64,000 bases of DNA from Candidatus Dojkabacteria bacterium (GTDB lineage Bacteria; Patescibacteriota; Dojkabacteria; J137): NCBI GenBank assembly GCA_025999215.1, contig AP024679.1, positions 711,457 to 775,456 on the forward strand. The letters run 5' to 3'. Below are positions 38,408-48,307 of this stretch, one piece after another; the first letter of the stretch is position 1; the number at the start of each line of letters is the position of its first letter. The notes below the pieces were generated by a model. The model searched no databases, was not told the origin of the DNA, and saw only the letters and a list, made by a program, of their open reading frames with translations. Position numbers and translations under genes: made by a program.

Positions 38408-39412
38408 TTATCGAATATATCTTCGAATTGATAAATAGCTACTCAATGCTCCCAAGCAAAAACCACACATTGTCAAAATCAAAATAATAATACCATAATG
38501 TACAACACCCAAACTTGGCCAATTTAGCTTTCCTATACTTTCATAAATAAAAATTGTTAAGTTTGACCCTTGATTTACTACAAAAACGAATGTGAATATC
38601 AAACCTAAAATCAGTGAAGAAATCATTGCGCCTATAGCTCCATAAAAACCTCCTTCTAAAATATACGGTGATCTAATAAAAAATAAACTTCCACCAACTA
38701 ATTGCATTACTCCTATTTCTTCCATTTGCCTAGATAACCTAAACTCAACCGTCATAAATGTAAAGAAAAAAATTACAATCAACAACAGTGATATTATCGC
38801 AACTCCAACAATTCTAATAGCAAAGAAAACTTCTCTAAGTTGATCAAGGTTTTCATCATCGACCACTAATTTTATGGGAGGATCATTAGGCTCATCAGAA
38901 TATTGATAATAAACTTCTCCTGGTTTAGCATTTTCACCGGTTTGAATTATTTTGAGCTTTTCGAGTTCTTCCTCAATGTCTCTTTGTATCAAAAGCTTAG
39001 TCTCCTCCAGTTTATCAAGCGAGTACAATTGTATATCAAGACTAGAGGGAAGAGTTTTGTTTTCTCTGGTTCTTAAAACTGCATATGTTTCAGGCCTAAC
39101 CCTTGATGTATAATCACTATATAACTTGTAAGCTTCTTCTTCACTTGTATAGTTAATATTTTTAATATTCTCATACCCTTCCCACTTTTCTCTTAAATTA
39201 TTAACTATTGTTAAGTCCATACCTTCTTCAAAAAATACCAACAAGTTACTTTTCTGTTCAATAAACTGAATGTATAAGTTTGAAACATAAGCAAGAAGTC
39301 CAAAAATTGTAGCCACCAAAAAAGCCATAGTCATAATAGCAATTGAGCCCCAACCAGCCCAACCACTCCTTGATATTTGCTTTCTGGTATTATCTATAAT
39401 TCTCCAAAACAT
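38408..39412 (-). CDS. ftsX: Cell division ABC transporter permease FtsX
   Basis: 334 aa with an FtsX topology: TM1, a large extracytoplasmic domain, then three C-terminal TM helices. It lies directly downstream of ftsE. Confidence 0.75.
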   Translation of the reverse strand: MFWRIIDNTRKQISRSGWAGWGSIAIMTMAFLVATIFGLLAYVSNLYIQFIEQKSNLLVFFEEGMDLTIVNNLREKWEGYENIKNINYTSEEEAYKLYSDYTSRVRPETYAVLRTRENKTLPSSLDIQLYSLDKLEETKLLIQRDIEEELEKLKIIQTGENAKPGEVYYQYSDEPNDPPIKLVVDDENLDQLREVFFAIRIVGVAIISLLLIVIFFFTFMTVEFRLSRQMEEIGVMQLVGGSLFFIRSPYILEGGFYGAIGAMISSLILGLIFTFVFVVNQGSNLTIFIYESIGKLNWPSLGVVHYGIIILILTMCGFCLGALSSYLSIRRYIR

Positions 39413-39416
39413 AAAT

Positions 39417-40685
39417 TTATTGTAATAATTTATTTAATTCATCAATATCTTTTTTACTAATCCCTTCAATTTGTGCCAAATCATTCAAATCTATTTGGTT
39501 TAAATCGCTCACATTTTTATAACCATTATTCATTAAAAGTTTTTTTAATTTTTTGCTTATTTTTAAATCGCTTATATCCTTTTCAGATAAATCTGCTTGC
39601 TTCACAGAAACTTTTTTGTCTTTGGAACTTTTTTTGGTAATTTTTTTATTTTTTTTCTTTGCCTCATTACTTTCTTTTTCTTGAGAATCAACACTATTTG
39701 TTTCTTCACTTTGAGCTTTTACTGGAATTTTTACACCTTTACGTCCAAGTGTAATTTTGAGTTCTATCGGTTTTTTATCAGAATCATTGCTTTCATCATT
39801 TTCACCGCTTGTATTATCAGAAGTATCACTCTTACTTTTTTCTTCATCACTCTCTACTTCTTCTTGAGCTTCTTTTATTTTTTTACTTATCTCAATTTTT
39901 AACTTTTTATGTTTTTCTTCAAAAAAATCTGGCTTTTTCTGTGTATCAACCTCTGTTGCGTCAAGAGTTCCTTTTTCGTAAGCAGAAGTCATTTCATACT
40001 GGCCTTCACTATCATCTCTGATTATTTCTCCTTTATGCATTTGTATTACTCTTTTATTGAGAGAATTTACAATCTCTGTTCCATGAGTAGACATGATAAC
40101 TGTTGTTCCCCATGAATTAATTTTGGTTAAAACTTGTACAATATCCCAGGCACTAGCAGGATCCAAATTTCCAGTTGGCTCATCAGCTATCAAAATTTTA
40201 GGATTATTCGCTATAGCTCTTGCAATAGCAACTCTTTGTTGCTCACCTCCTGACAATTCTCGTGGAAAAGCATCCATTCTATGTTCTAATCCAACAATAT
40301 CCAAAACATATGGAACTGCTTCCTTAATTTCTTTGTTAGACTTGCCAGCAGCTTCCATAGCAAAAGCAACATTTTCATAAACTGTTTTTTCGGGAACTAG
40401 TTTGTAATCTTGAAAAATAACTCCAATCTCTCTTCTAAGCCTATATACTTTTCTTCTTGGTAATTTTGTAATATCTTTATCATCAAAGAAAATTTTTCCT
40501 GTGGTAGGTAATTCATCTCTAATCAACATTTTTATAATGGTTGTTTTACCACTACCTGATGGGCCAATCAAAAAAACAAACTCGCCAGGGTCTATCACAA
40601 AAGAAACATTATTAACCCCAACTATAGAATTTTTATATATTTTAGTTACATTTTTAAATTGAACCATCACTTCAAGTATACACAT
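39417..40685 (-). CDS. ftsE: Cell division ATP-binding protein FtsE with a long K/E/S-rich C-terminal tail ending in a helix-hairpin-helix (RNAP alpha-CTD-like) module
   Basis: Residues 1 to about 230 form a canonical FtsE ABC ATPase (GPSGSGKTT, LSGGEQQRVAIARA, ILIADEPTGNLD). Residues from about 230 to 422 form a low-complexity acidic/basic tail ending LKKLLMNNGYKNVSDLNQIDLNDLAQIEGISKKDIDELNKLL. Confidence 0.8.
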   Translation of the reverse strand: MCILEVMVQFKNVTKIYKNSIVGVNNVSFVIDPGEFVFLIGPSGSGKTTIIKMLIRDELPTTGKIFFDDKDITKLPRRKVYRLRREIGVIFQDYKLVPEKTVYENVAFAMEAAGKSNKEIKEAVPYVLDIVGLEHRMDAFPRELSGGEQQRVAIARAIANNPKILIADEPTGNLDPASAWDIVQVLTKINSWGTTVIMSTHGTEIVNSLNKRVIQMHKGEIIRDDSEGQYEMTSAYEKGTLDATEVDTQKKPDFFEEKHKKLKIEISKKIKEAQEEVESDEEKSKSDTSDNTSGENDESNDSDKKPIELKITLGRKGVKIPVKAQSEETNSVDSQEKESNEAKKKNKKITKKSSKDKKVSVKQADLSEKDISDLKISKKLKKLLMNNGYKNVSDLNQIDLNDLAQIEGISKKDIDELNKLLQ

Positions 40686-40748
40686 TAAAATATTTTCTGT
40701 GAAGTTTTTTAATATTCCAATCGAAAAGTTGTAGAATTAACCCCAAAA

Positions 40749-42032
40749 TTAATATATAAACTTCTCTTCTTCATCAGAATCTTCACTATCAACATCAGTT
40801 ATGATGTTAACTTGAACTTCTTTGTTTAATAACGGATCTTCTTTTTGAGTTAACAAATGAAGTTTGTTCCTAATATCATTCCTTTTTTTCAAAAAAGCTA
40901 CAACCGTGAATGCTACAAAAATCAGAGTTAGCGAAGCAAACATAGCAAAATACTCTCTTTCAACCCCGCTAAACCAGAAAGCTATTGTACATAATATCAT
41001 CATCATCATTACCTCTATTAAAACAACCATTTTTTTTGAATAACCGGAAGCTAAAAGTCTGTGATGTAAATGATTTTTATCACTAATACTTAAAATTTTT
41101 AGAGGATTTCGTCTAACTTCCTTATGCTCTTTAAACCTCATAGTAACCACCAATAGTGCATCCAAAATAGGTAAACCTAAAATAATTATTGTAGCAACCC
41201 ATTTTGTACTAGAAAAAATCGCAAAGACTGCCAACAAATAACCATTTAAATAATCACCTATTGATCCATACATCATTTTTTGTGGATACCAGTTGTACGG
41301 TAAAACTCCTAATGTTCCACCCACGTAAATTGCAATCAAACTAGCTAACGCAATATCAGGATTATTTCTATCAAGTACTATCAATAAAAATGTAAATCCT
41401 GCAAGACTGCTCACTGCTCCATTCAAACCATCAACTCCTCCAACCCAATTAATAGCATTCATCAATCCTATAACCCAAACCATAGTAATTAAATCAGCAG
41501 GGAAAATAAAATTATATGTATAACCTGCAATGTTAAAAACTAAATCTGAATACCAATTTAAATTGATAACCCAAAAGCCAAAATCAACTTCTTTTATGGT
41601 GTTACCCGCAAAAACCAATATAAAAGCTACTAAAAATTGTCCAAAAAGCTGGAATTTAGCGCTCATCTCCCAAAGAGTGTCAATCAAACCAAATACTACA
41701 ACAATTGTAAATCCCAAAGCTATTCCTTTAGTTATGTAACCAGATTCACCCAAAATAAGGATAGCCAAAATAATTGCCAATGCTGTACCTAGCCCACCAA
41801 GATTAGAAATAATCCCTTCATGAATTCTACGCGATGCAGTTTTGTCACTTGGATCACGTAAAGATTTTGGCTTATCTACAGCTCCTATCTTGTGTGCAAT
41901 TCTATCTATAAGAGGTGAAATTACGAAAGCAACTAAAAAAGCAACCAGAAAACCTTCACTTACACGAGTTAAGTTTTGAATTAACTGGGGGTTGGTGATT
42001 TTGTTATAAAAAATTTCTAGTAATTCAATCAT
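40749..42032 (-). CDS. Polyprenyl-phosphate phospho-sugar transferase, MraY/WecA (GT4 membrane) family
   Basis: 427 aa and polytopic. The motif LMNAINWVGGVDGLNG matches the NxxNxxDGxDGL signature of MraY/WecA. Confidence 0.7.
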   Translation of the reverse strand: MIELLEIFYNKITNPQLIQNLTRVSEGFLVAFLVAFVISPLIDRIAHKIGAVDKPKSLRDPSDKTASRRIHEGIISNLGGLGTALAIILAILILGESGYITKGIALGFTIVVVFGLIDTLWEMSAKFQLFGQFLVAFILVFAGNTIKEVDFGFWVINLNWYSDLVFNIAGYTYNFIFPADLITMVWVIGLMNAINWVGGVDGLNGAVSSLAGFTFLLIVLDRNNPDIALASLIAIYVGGTLGVLPYNWYPQKMMYGSIGDYLNGYLLAVFAIFSSTKWVATIIILGLPILDALLVVTMRFKEHKEVRRNPLKILSISDKNHLHHRLLASGYSKKMVVLIEVMMMMILCTIAFWFSGVEREYFAMFASLTLIFVAFTVVAFLKKRNDIRNKLHLLTQKEDPLLNKEVQVNIITDVDSEDSDEEEKFIY

Positions 42033-42568
42033 CTAATTAGAGTATAAATCTGTGATAGAGCAAACCATAACATCAAGTTTAAATACGTAATCAACCAAGC
42101 AAAAGTATATGCCAACCTTTTATCTTGTCTTACAATTTTAAAAATAAATTGTATCGAGGTAAATTCTAACACACCTAAAAAAATTCCCAAAACAAATATT
42201 ATTGATTTGTCAACTTGTTCCCATCTCTCCTCTGTGGAGTTAAAAACCAAAGGAATCGTGCTCGGTAGATCATTAAAAACTAAAAGCCCTCCTAACACTA
42301 TAAAAATAAATAATAACAAAGAAGATACTATCGCCAAAGGTAAAGATACAGACTTCCAAACTTGAGATATTTCGAGCTCACGGTTTTTCTTTTTGATATT
42401 GTATTTTAATCCTCCCCAAAAATAGTTTAAATTAAAAATATTTTTTTCTAGCTTAAAAGCTAGTTGATCTTTTGATGGTTTTGGTAACTGCTTGTGCGAC
42501 TTCGGCTCTTTTTTGAAGTCATACTCTGTCGGGTTTTTTAATATTTCCTGGTCTTTTTCAAAATTCAT
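42029..42568 (-). CDS. Hypothetical membrane protein
   Basis: 179 aa with a basic N-terminus followed by TM helices. Its start overlaps the stop of the upstream gene. Confidence 0.4.
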   Translation of the reverse strand: MNFEKDQEILKNPTEYDFKKEPKSHKQLPKPSKDQLAFKLEKNIFNLNYFWGGLKYNIKKKNRELEISQVWKSVSLPLAIVSSLLLFIFIVLGGLLVFNDLPSTIPLVFNSTEERWEQVDKSIIFVLGIFLGVLEFTSIQFIFKIVRQDKRLAYTFAWLITYLNLMLWFALSQIYTLIR

Positions 42569-42677
42569 TGAACTATTTTACCTCAAAAATTGTAATTTGT
42601 GTTATAATTTTGTAGACTTTGATGAATTGGGGTTGTTGTCCCAATTTTTTTTGAATTTATTTATTAATTGAACAAAA

Positions 42678-43964
42678 ATGAGCGATCAAATAGATATAAT
42701 GTCTGCGATAAGACAAATTGCTGCTGAAAGAAAAATTGATCCCGATAAGATTATTGAAGCAATTAAACAAGCAATTAAAACAGGATTTAGAAATGAGTAT
42801 GGAGTTGAAAATTTAGATTTATTAACAGTCGATTTTGAACCAGAAAAAGGGTTTATAGCGGTTTACATTACTAAAAAAGTTGTAAATAAAGTCAATAACC
42901 CTCAGGAAGAAATAAGTTTAAAGGAAGCAAAAGAGCTAGAACCTAATGTTAAAGTTGGCGACGAGCTGCTCATAGATATCACTCCAGAGGGAGATTTTGG
43001 TAGAATCGCTGCCCAAACAGCAAGACAAATAATTTTACAACAATTAAGAGAAGCTGAAAAATCAGCTGCTATTTCTGAAATTAAAGAAAAACTAGGTTCT
43101 ATTGAAAATGTTGTTGTTCAAAGATTTACTGCAAAAAAAGAGGTTATTTGTGAAGTCAACAGAGCGCGTGCTGTAATGCCGCCACACGAGCAAGTACCTA
43201 CTGAATTTTATAAAATTGGCTCACGAATTAAAGTTTTGTTGAAATCCATAGAAGAAGATGAGAGGGGTGAATATGTTTTAATCTCTAGAGCTGATCCGGA
43301 ATTTTTAGAAGAACTGTTTAGGTTAGAAGTTCCAGAAATTGATTCTGGCTCTGTTGAAATTGTAAACATTGCAAGGGAAGCTGGAAGCAGAGCAAAAGTT
43401 GCCGTTAAATCAAATGCTCCTGGAGTTGATCCAATTGGTGCATGCGTAGGTCAAAAAGGTGTCAGAATCAATGCAATTAGTAATGAGTTGAAGTTAGGTA
43501 ACTTTGAAGAAAAACTTGACATAATTTTGTGGGATGAAAATATTGAAGTTTTCTTGTCAAATGCCATTAGACCAGCGGAAGCTATTGAAGCAAAAATTAT
43601 AGATGAAAAGAAAAAACAAGCTTTAATTGTAGTTTCTGATGACCAGCTATCACTAGCAATTGGTAAAGACGGGCAAAATGTAAGACTTTCATCCAAGCTA
43701 ACTGGTTGGGATCTAGATATTGTCGGTGAAAGTGAATATAAAAAACAAAAACAAGGAAATAAAATCTCAAAACCTTCTAAAGATTCAAGTAAAGAAAACA
43801 AAAGCGATCTAGAAAGTTTAGGATTATCATCAAGAATTATTAATGCTCTACAAAAAGTAGGTATAGAAAATTTAGAAGATTTGAGATCCAAAATAGAAAA
43901 TAATGAAAAAATAGAAGGTATCGGAGAAAAATCTTTGGAAGAAATTAAAAAAGCTTTAGTTTAA
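42678..43964 (+). CDS. nusA: Transcription termination/antitermination factor NusA
   Basis: 428 aa. It has the NusA N-terminal domain, an S1 domain, tandem KH domains (GxxG: VGQKGVRI, IGKDGQNV) and a C-terminal HhH (LSSRIINALQKVGIENLEDL). Confidence 0.9.
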   Translation: MSDQIDIMSAIRQIAAERKIDPDKIIEAIKQAIKTGFRNEYGVENLDLLTVDFEPEKGFIAVYITKKVVNKVNNPQEEISLKEAKELEPNVKVGDELLIDITPEGDFGRIAAQTARQIILQQLREAEKSAAISEIKEKLGSIENVVVQRFTAKKEVICEVNRARAVMPPHEQVPTEFYKIGSRIKVLLKSIEEDERGEYVLISRADPEFLEELFRLEVPEIDSGSVEIVNIAREAGSRAKVAVKSNAPGVDPIGACVGQKGVRINAISNELKLGNFEEKLDIILWDENIEVFLSNAIRPAEAIEAKIIDEKKKQALIVVSDDQLSLAIGKDGQNVRLSSKLTGWDLDIVGESEYKKQKQGNKISKPSKDSSKENKSDLESLGLSSRIINALQKVGIENLEDLRSKIENNEKIEGIGEKSLEEIKKALV

Positions 43965-43987
43965 GTAATGGCTTTAAAAGTTTTAAA

Positions 43988-45757
43988 CTAAATTCGTAAT
44001 TTTAACTTTTTGAACACTGGTTCAAGAAATTTTCTAAAGATTTTTAGTTCTTCGACTTTTAACAAGGCACTCATCAGGATATATACGGCTATCCCCGTGC
44101 TGACAGTTATACTTGTTAAAATAGCTAAGTTTAAAGTGGTTGAACCTCGATATTGCGGCCCTGCTCTGTCTGGAAAAGAATAACTCAAAACATTCCACAT
44201 TTTGTATATAAAGTACATTATCAAAAACATGATTAAAGAACTTAAAAATTTTTTAAATGTTTGGATGAAAATATCTTTTAAATCTAGTTTTATAAATTTT
44301 TTATGGAAAAAATAAAGAAGCATTGTAAATTCGAAAAAGTACGAAAAGCTCATAGCCAAAGCAATCCCTCCAATCCCTGCTGGATGGCTACCTCTAGTCA
44401 AAAAATTATCAATTGTAAATGTAATTTGAGAGATTGCATAGTCATTGTTATGACTCATAAGATTTGAAAAAATAAGCCCCAAAATTATTGTAATTACTAA
44501 ACTACTAAGCGCTACACCAAAAGGAATTAGTGTATTTTTGCCCGCATAAAAAAGGCGAAACATGAACCACTTTCCAGCCAAAAAAACCCATCCTAAAGAA
44601 AACCACATTAGTATCCATGCAACCTGACTTGAAGCTTCAAGGTCAAAGTTTGTGTTTGGTAATAACCCGTATGTCAACCTAACAACAGGCAACCTCATGG
44701 CAGTAAAAATCATTGTAAAAGGTAGCGCCAAAAATAAAATTTCTTGAAGAGTTTTTTGCACAATATCTTTTACTTTATTTAATTCTTGAGATTCAAACAA
44801 TCTTGACAAAGTTGGATAGGAAGCATAAGAAAAAGTAAAACCAAAAAGTGTTGGAATTACAAGGGAAATTGAATTAGCGTAAAACAAAGCTGAAGGCCCA
44901 ACTTGATTAATTCCATATGCCAAAAACTTATTGAAAGTTAAAACAATGTGTTCTGATGCCAGGGCAAACATTCTTGGTATACCCAAAACTCCTAACTCCT
45001 TGATATATTTTGAATGAATATCTACAACAGGTAACCACTTTAAATCAAGACTTCTGTACAAAGGAAGCTGAATTATTAAATGCAAAATAGAACCAACATA
45101 AGTTCCAATGATTACAGCCCAAGGACTATTGTTTAAAATTGGTAAAAAAATTAAAAGAGAAAGAATTCTTCCTATATTAAAAAACAAAGGAGCAAAGTTA
45201 GGAATCAAAAACCTATCATAAACATTTATACCGTTAGAGACAAAAATACTAATTCCTAAAATCATTTGAGGAACTAGAAGGGCTCTTAACATGTTAGCAA
45301 TTCTTACATAATCACTTGAGGTAATATTTTGACTGGCTTCTCCTCCAAAAATATTTATTATACTTGGAATGAGCGCGCCTGCTGAAATAAACAAAACGAC
45401 AGAAATTAATACAAATACTAAAATTGATAAATTAATGATCGTACTATAGACTCGATAAAAAGTTTCCTTACCCTCATTTTTAGCAGATATAAGAATAGGT
45501 ATCACAAGAGAACCAACAGCTCCAGCCAAAAAAACATTTGTTATTAACTCAGGAATTGCATTTGCGATTATAAATTGATTCCAGCCAGGGTCTTGTGTAC
45601 CAAAGTACGACGCAGCCAAAAGATTAAATAATTGCCCAGTTACCTTCGTAAGCAACGTAGGGATCATTAATAGGAAAGCCGTTTGCAAAATATGTGTTTG
45701 CTCCTTACTTAACAATGTATTAATCTGCTTGATTTTTCTTTGTACAATCTTAGTCAT
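43988..45757 (-). CDS. murJ: Lipid II flippase MurJ (MviN)
   Basis: 589 aa with about 14 TM helices and MurJ/MOP-superfamily N-terminal features. Confidence 0.75.
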   Translation of the reverse strand: MTKIVQRKIKQINTLLSKEQTHILQTAFLLMIPTLLTKVTGQLFNLLAASYFGTQDPGWNQFIIANAIPELITNVFLAGAVGSLVIPILISAKNEGKETFYRVYSTIINLSILVFVLISVVLFISAGALIPSIINIFGGEASQNITSSDYVRIANMLRALLVPQMILGISIFVSNGINVYDRFLIPNFAPLFFNIGRILSLLIFLPILNNSPWAVIIGTYVGSILHLIIQLPLYRSLDLKWLPVVDIHSKYIKELGVLGIPRMFALASEHIVLTFNKFLAYGINQVGPSALFYANSISLVIPTLFGFTFSYASYPTLSRLFESQELNKVKDIVQKTLQEILFLALPFTMIFTAMRLPVVRLTYGLLPNTNFDLEASSQVAWILMWFSLGWVFLAGKWFMFRLFYAGKNTLIPFGVALSSLVITIILGLIFSNLMSHNNDYAISQITFTIDNFLTRGSHPAGIGGIALAMSFSYFFEFTMLLYFFHKKFIKLDLKDIFIQTFKKFLSSLIMFLIMYFIYKMWNVLSYSFPDRAGPQYRGSTTLNLAILTSITVSTGIAVYILMSALLKVEELKIFRKFLEPVFKKLKLRI

Positions 45758-45827
45758 AAGCTACAAAATAATAGCCTCTTAAACTTTTTGTCGAGTATCT
45801 TACTTGTTATTCCAAACAGAAAAGTTT

Positions 45828-48095
45828 TTAGTTTCTTCTAAATCCTCTTTTGTTACCAAAACCATTTCTATTCCTATTTGGTTTATGTGAATTTTTTTGC
45901 GAATTTGGTTTTGAACTTACGTTACTTAATCTATTTTCAATCTCTTCTGGTTGCATCAATCCTTTCATTGTCATGGATACTTTGCCTCCTTCTATACTTT
46001 TTACAAGGACATTAACTCTATCACCCTCTTTAAAAAGCTCAGATAGATTGCCAATGTATTTGTCAGTAATTTCTGAAATGTGAACCAGTCCTTGAATTCC
46101 CGTTTTAGGCACTCTTACAAATAGACCAAAGTCAGCCACTTTCTCTACCTCAACTTCATATTCTGCACCCAATTTAGCCGTTTCAAACATTTTTTGAATT
46201 CTATCTTTTACATATTCTAACTGCTCAGAATTAGCGGCAGAAATTAAAACACTTCCATCATCTTCAATTGCTATATCAGCATCAACTTTACCAAAATCTC
46301 TTGAAGACTCAACCAATTCTTTGATTGTTTTGCCACCTGGTCCAATTAATTCACCAATTTGATCTTGTTCAATTTGAATTTTTTCAACAACTGGCGCATT
46401 CTTCGGTAATTCACTTCTTGATTGTGAAATAGCTTGATTCATAACCTCTAAAACCTCCAACCTTCCTTTTCTTGCAAGTCTGAAAGCTTCCTTCAAAATT
46501 TCTAACCTAACTCCTCGTATCTTGTTTTCATACTGAATTGCAGTAATACCGTTTTTGGTACCACAAACTTTAAAATCCATGTCACCATAAAAATCTTCTG
46601 TTCCTTCTATATCAAGAAGTAATTTATAATTAGTTTCATTATTCTCATCAATTACCAATCCAACACCGATTCCAGCTACAGCTTCCTTCAACGGAACTCC
46701 TGCGGCCATCAAAGCCATGCTAGATGCACAAGTTGCCGCCATTGACGTTGAACCATTTGAAGATAGAATTTCAGATACAACTCTAATTGTGTAAGGAAAA
46801 TCATCAGCTGAAGGAATTAAATTTTTTAAAGCGTTTTCACCAATTGCGCCATGTCCAATTTCTCTTCTACCAGCCCTGTAATTATACCTTCCAGCTTCTC
46901 CAGTTGAAAAATTAGGCATGTTGTAGTGATGCATGAAAGTTTTAGTATATTCACCCATCATATCATCAACCAACAATTCATAACTTTTAGGAGCTAGTGT
47001 CACAATTGATAAACATTGAGTTAATCCTCTTGAAAAAAATGCCGATCCATGAACAACAGGTAACACGTCAACTTCGGCATGTAAATCCCGAATTTGATAG
47101 AAATCTCTTCCGCTTATTCTCTTGTTTTCTTCAATAACAGCTTTTCGCAAAAGATATCTTAGAACATACTCTATTGCGTCTTGCACTTCATTTTCAGAAT
47201 AATTTTCGTTATTTTCATTTTTTACAGGACTTTCTTCAGCTGTAATCAAACCAATTATTTCTTGTTTTAGAGTTTTAATAGACTTTTCTCTATCTATTTT
47301 GTTTGGAACGAAAAGTACTTCCTTTAAATTTTGTGAATATTGATTTTTAATATAATCAATTAATTTTGAATCCACTGTTAAATCACTGTAATCATCAAAA
47401 TTAACCTCTGGTGTGTTAATTTTTTGAGCAAATTCTCTTTGAAACTGATTCAATGCCTTTATACTTTCCATAGATTTATCAAGAACTTTATCCATTAATT
47501 CCTCAGGTATTTCTTTTGCCCATCCTTCTAAATTCAAAACCTTATCATCAACTCCAGAAACAACAAAATCTGCTTTTAAATCATGCCTAACATTTACATC
47601 AGGATTTATAATTATTTCATCGTCATTTGTAACCCCAACCACAACACTTGAAGCAGGTCCCATAAAAGGTATTCCTGACTGGATCAATGCCATGCTTGCC
47701 ACCAAAACAGATAAATTTTCTGGATCGTTTATTTCATCATAACTTAGTACAGTCAAAACCACAGATGTTGGTTTTTTAAAACTTTTAGGGAATAATGATC
47801 TTATTGAATGATCAACTTGCCTTGCTTTAATTATTGAATCTTCACCAGGAAAACCTTCTCTTTTTTGAAACCTCGAACCTGAGACCACACCTCTTGCGTA
47901 CATTTTTTCTATGTACTCAACTCCCAGAGGAAAATAATCCATTTCCGAATCTGTATCATCTACGGTTACTGTTCCCAAAACAGTGGTTCCACCAATTTGA
48001 CCTATCACTCTACCCAACGCTTGTGGAGCAATTTGACCTGATTTTAAAATAATTTCTTTACCATTTAAGGTAATTGTATGTGAAGTCATTTCCAT
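45828..48095 (-). CDS. pnp: Polyribonucleotide nucleotidyltransferase (PNPase) with an RG-rich C-terminal tail
   Basis: 755 aa with two RNase PH domains, a KH domain (IGPGGKTIKEL) and an S1 domain. It has an extra C-terminal tail, NRNGFGNKRGFRRN. Confidence 0.9.
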   Translation of the reverse strand: MEMTSHTITLNGKEIILKSGQIAPQALGRVIGQIGGTTVLGTVTVDDTDSEMDYFPLGVEYIEKMYARGVVSGSRFQKREGFPGEDSIIKARQVDHSIRSLFPKSFKKPTSVVLTVLSYDEINDPENLSVLVASMALIQSGIPFMGPASSVVVGVTNDDEIIINPDVNVRHDLKADFVVSGVDDKVLNLEGWAKEIPEELMDKVLDKSMESIKALNQFQREFAQKINTPEVNFDDYSDLTVDSKLIDYIKNQYSQNLKEVLFVPNKIDREKSIKTLKQEIIGLITAEESPVKNENNENYSENEVQDAIEYVLRYLLRKAVIEENKRISGRDFYQIRDLHAEVDVLPVVHGSAFFSRGLTQCLSIVTLAPKSYELLVDDMMGEYTKTFMHHYNMPNFSTGEAGRYNYRAGRREIGHGAIGENALKNLIPSADDFPYTIRVVSEILSSNGSTSMAATCASSMALMAAGVPLKEAVAGIGVGLVIDENNETNYKLLLDIEGTEDFYGDMDFKVCGTKNGITAIQYENKIRGVRLEILKEAFRLARKGRLEVLEVMNQAISQSRSELPKNAPVVEKIQIEQDQIGELIGPGGKTIKELVESSRDFGKVDADIAIEDDGSVLISAANSEQLEYVKDRIQKMFETAKLGAEYEVEVEKVADFGLFVRVPKTGIQGLVHISEITDKYIGNLSELFKEGDRVNVLVKSIEGGKVSMTMKGLMQPEEIENRLSNVSSKPNSQKNSHKPNRNRNGFGNKRGFRRN

Positions 48096-48307
48096 GAACT
48101 TTTACATTAATAAATAAACTTTTAGTTTCTTGTAACCCATACAATCTTACCATAAAGTCAAAAGGTATGAGGAATATAATTCATGAAAAACTAAACGTCG
48201 AAGAGAAGAGAAAAAGTTGAAGTCAACACTTTCTTTTCGCTTCGAAATAATGTTTAACTTTTCTAAGAAACTATTAAATTTTACCACAAAAATAATCTTG
48301 ACTCAAA

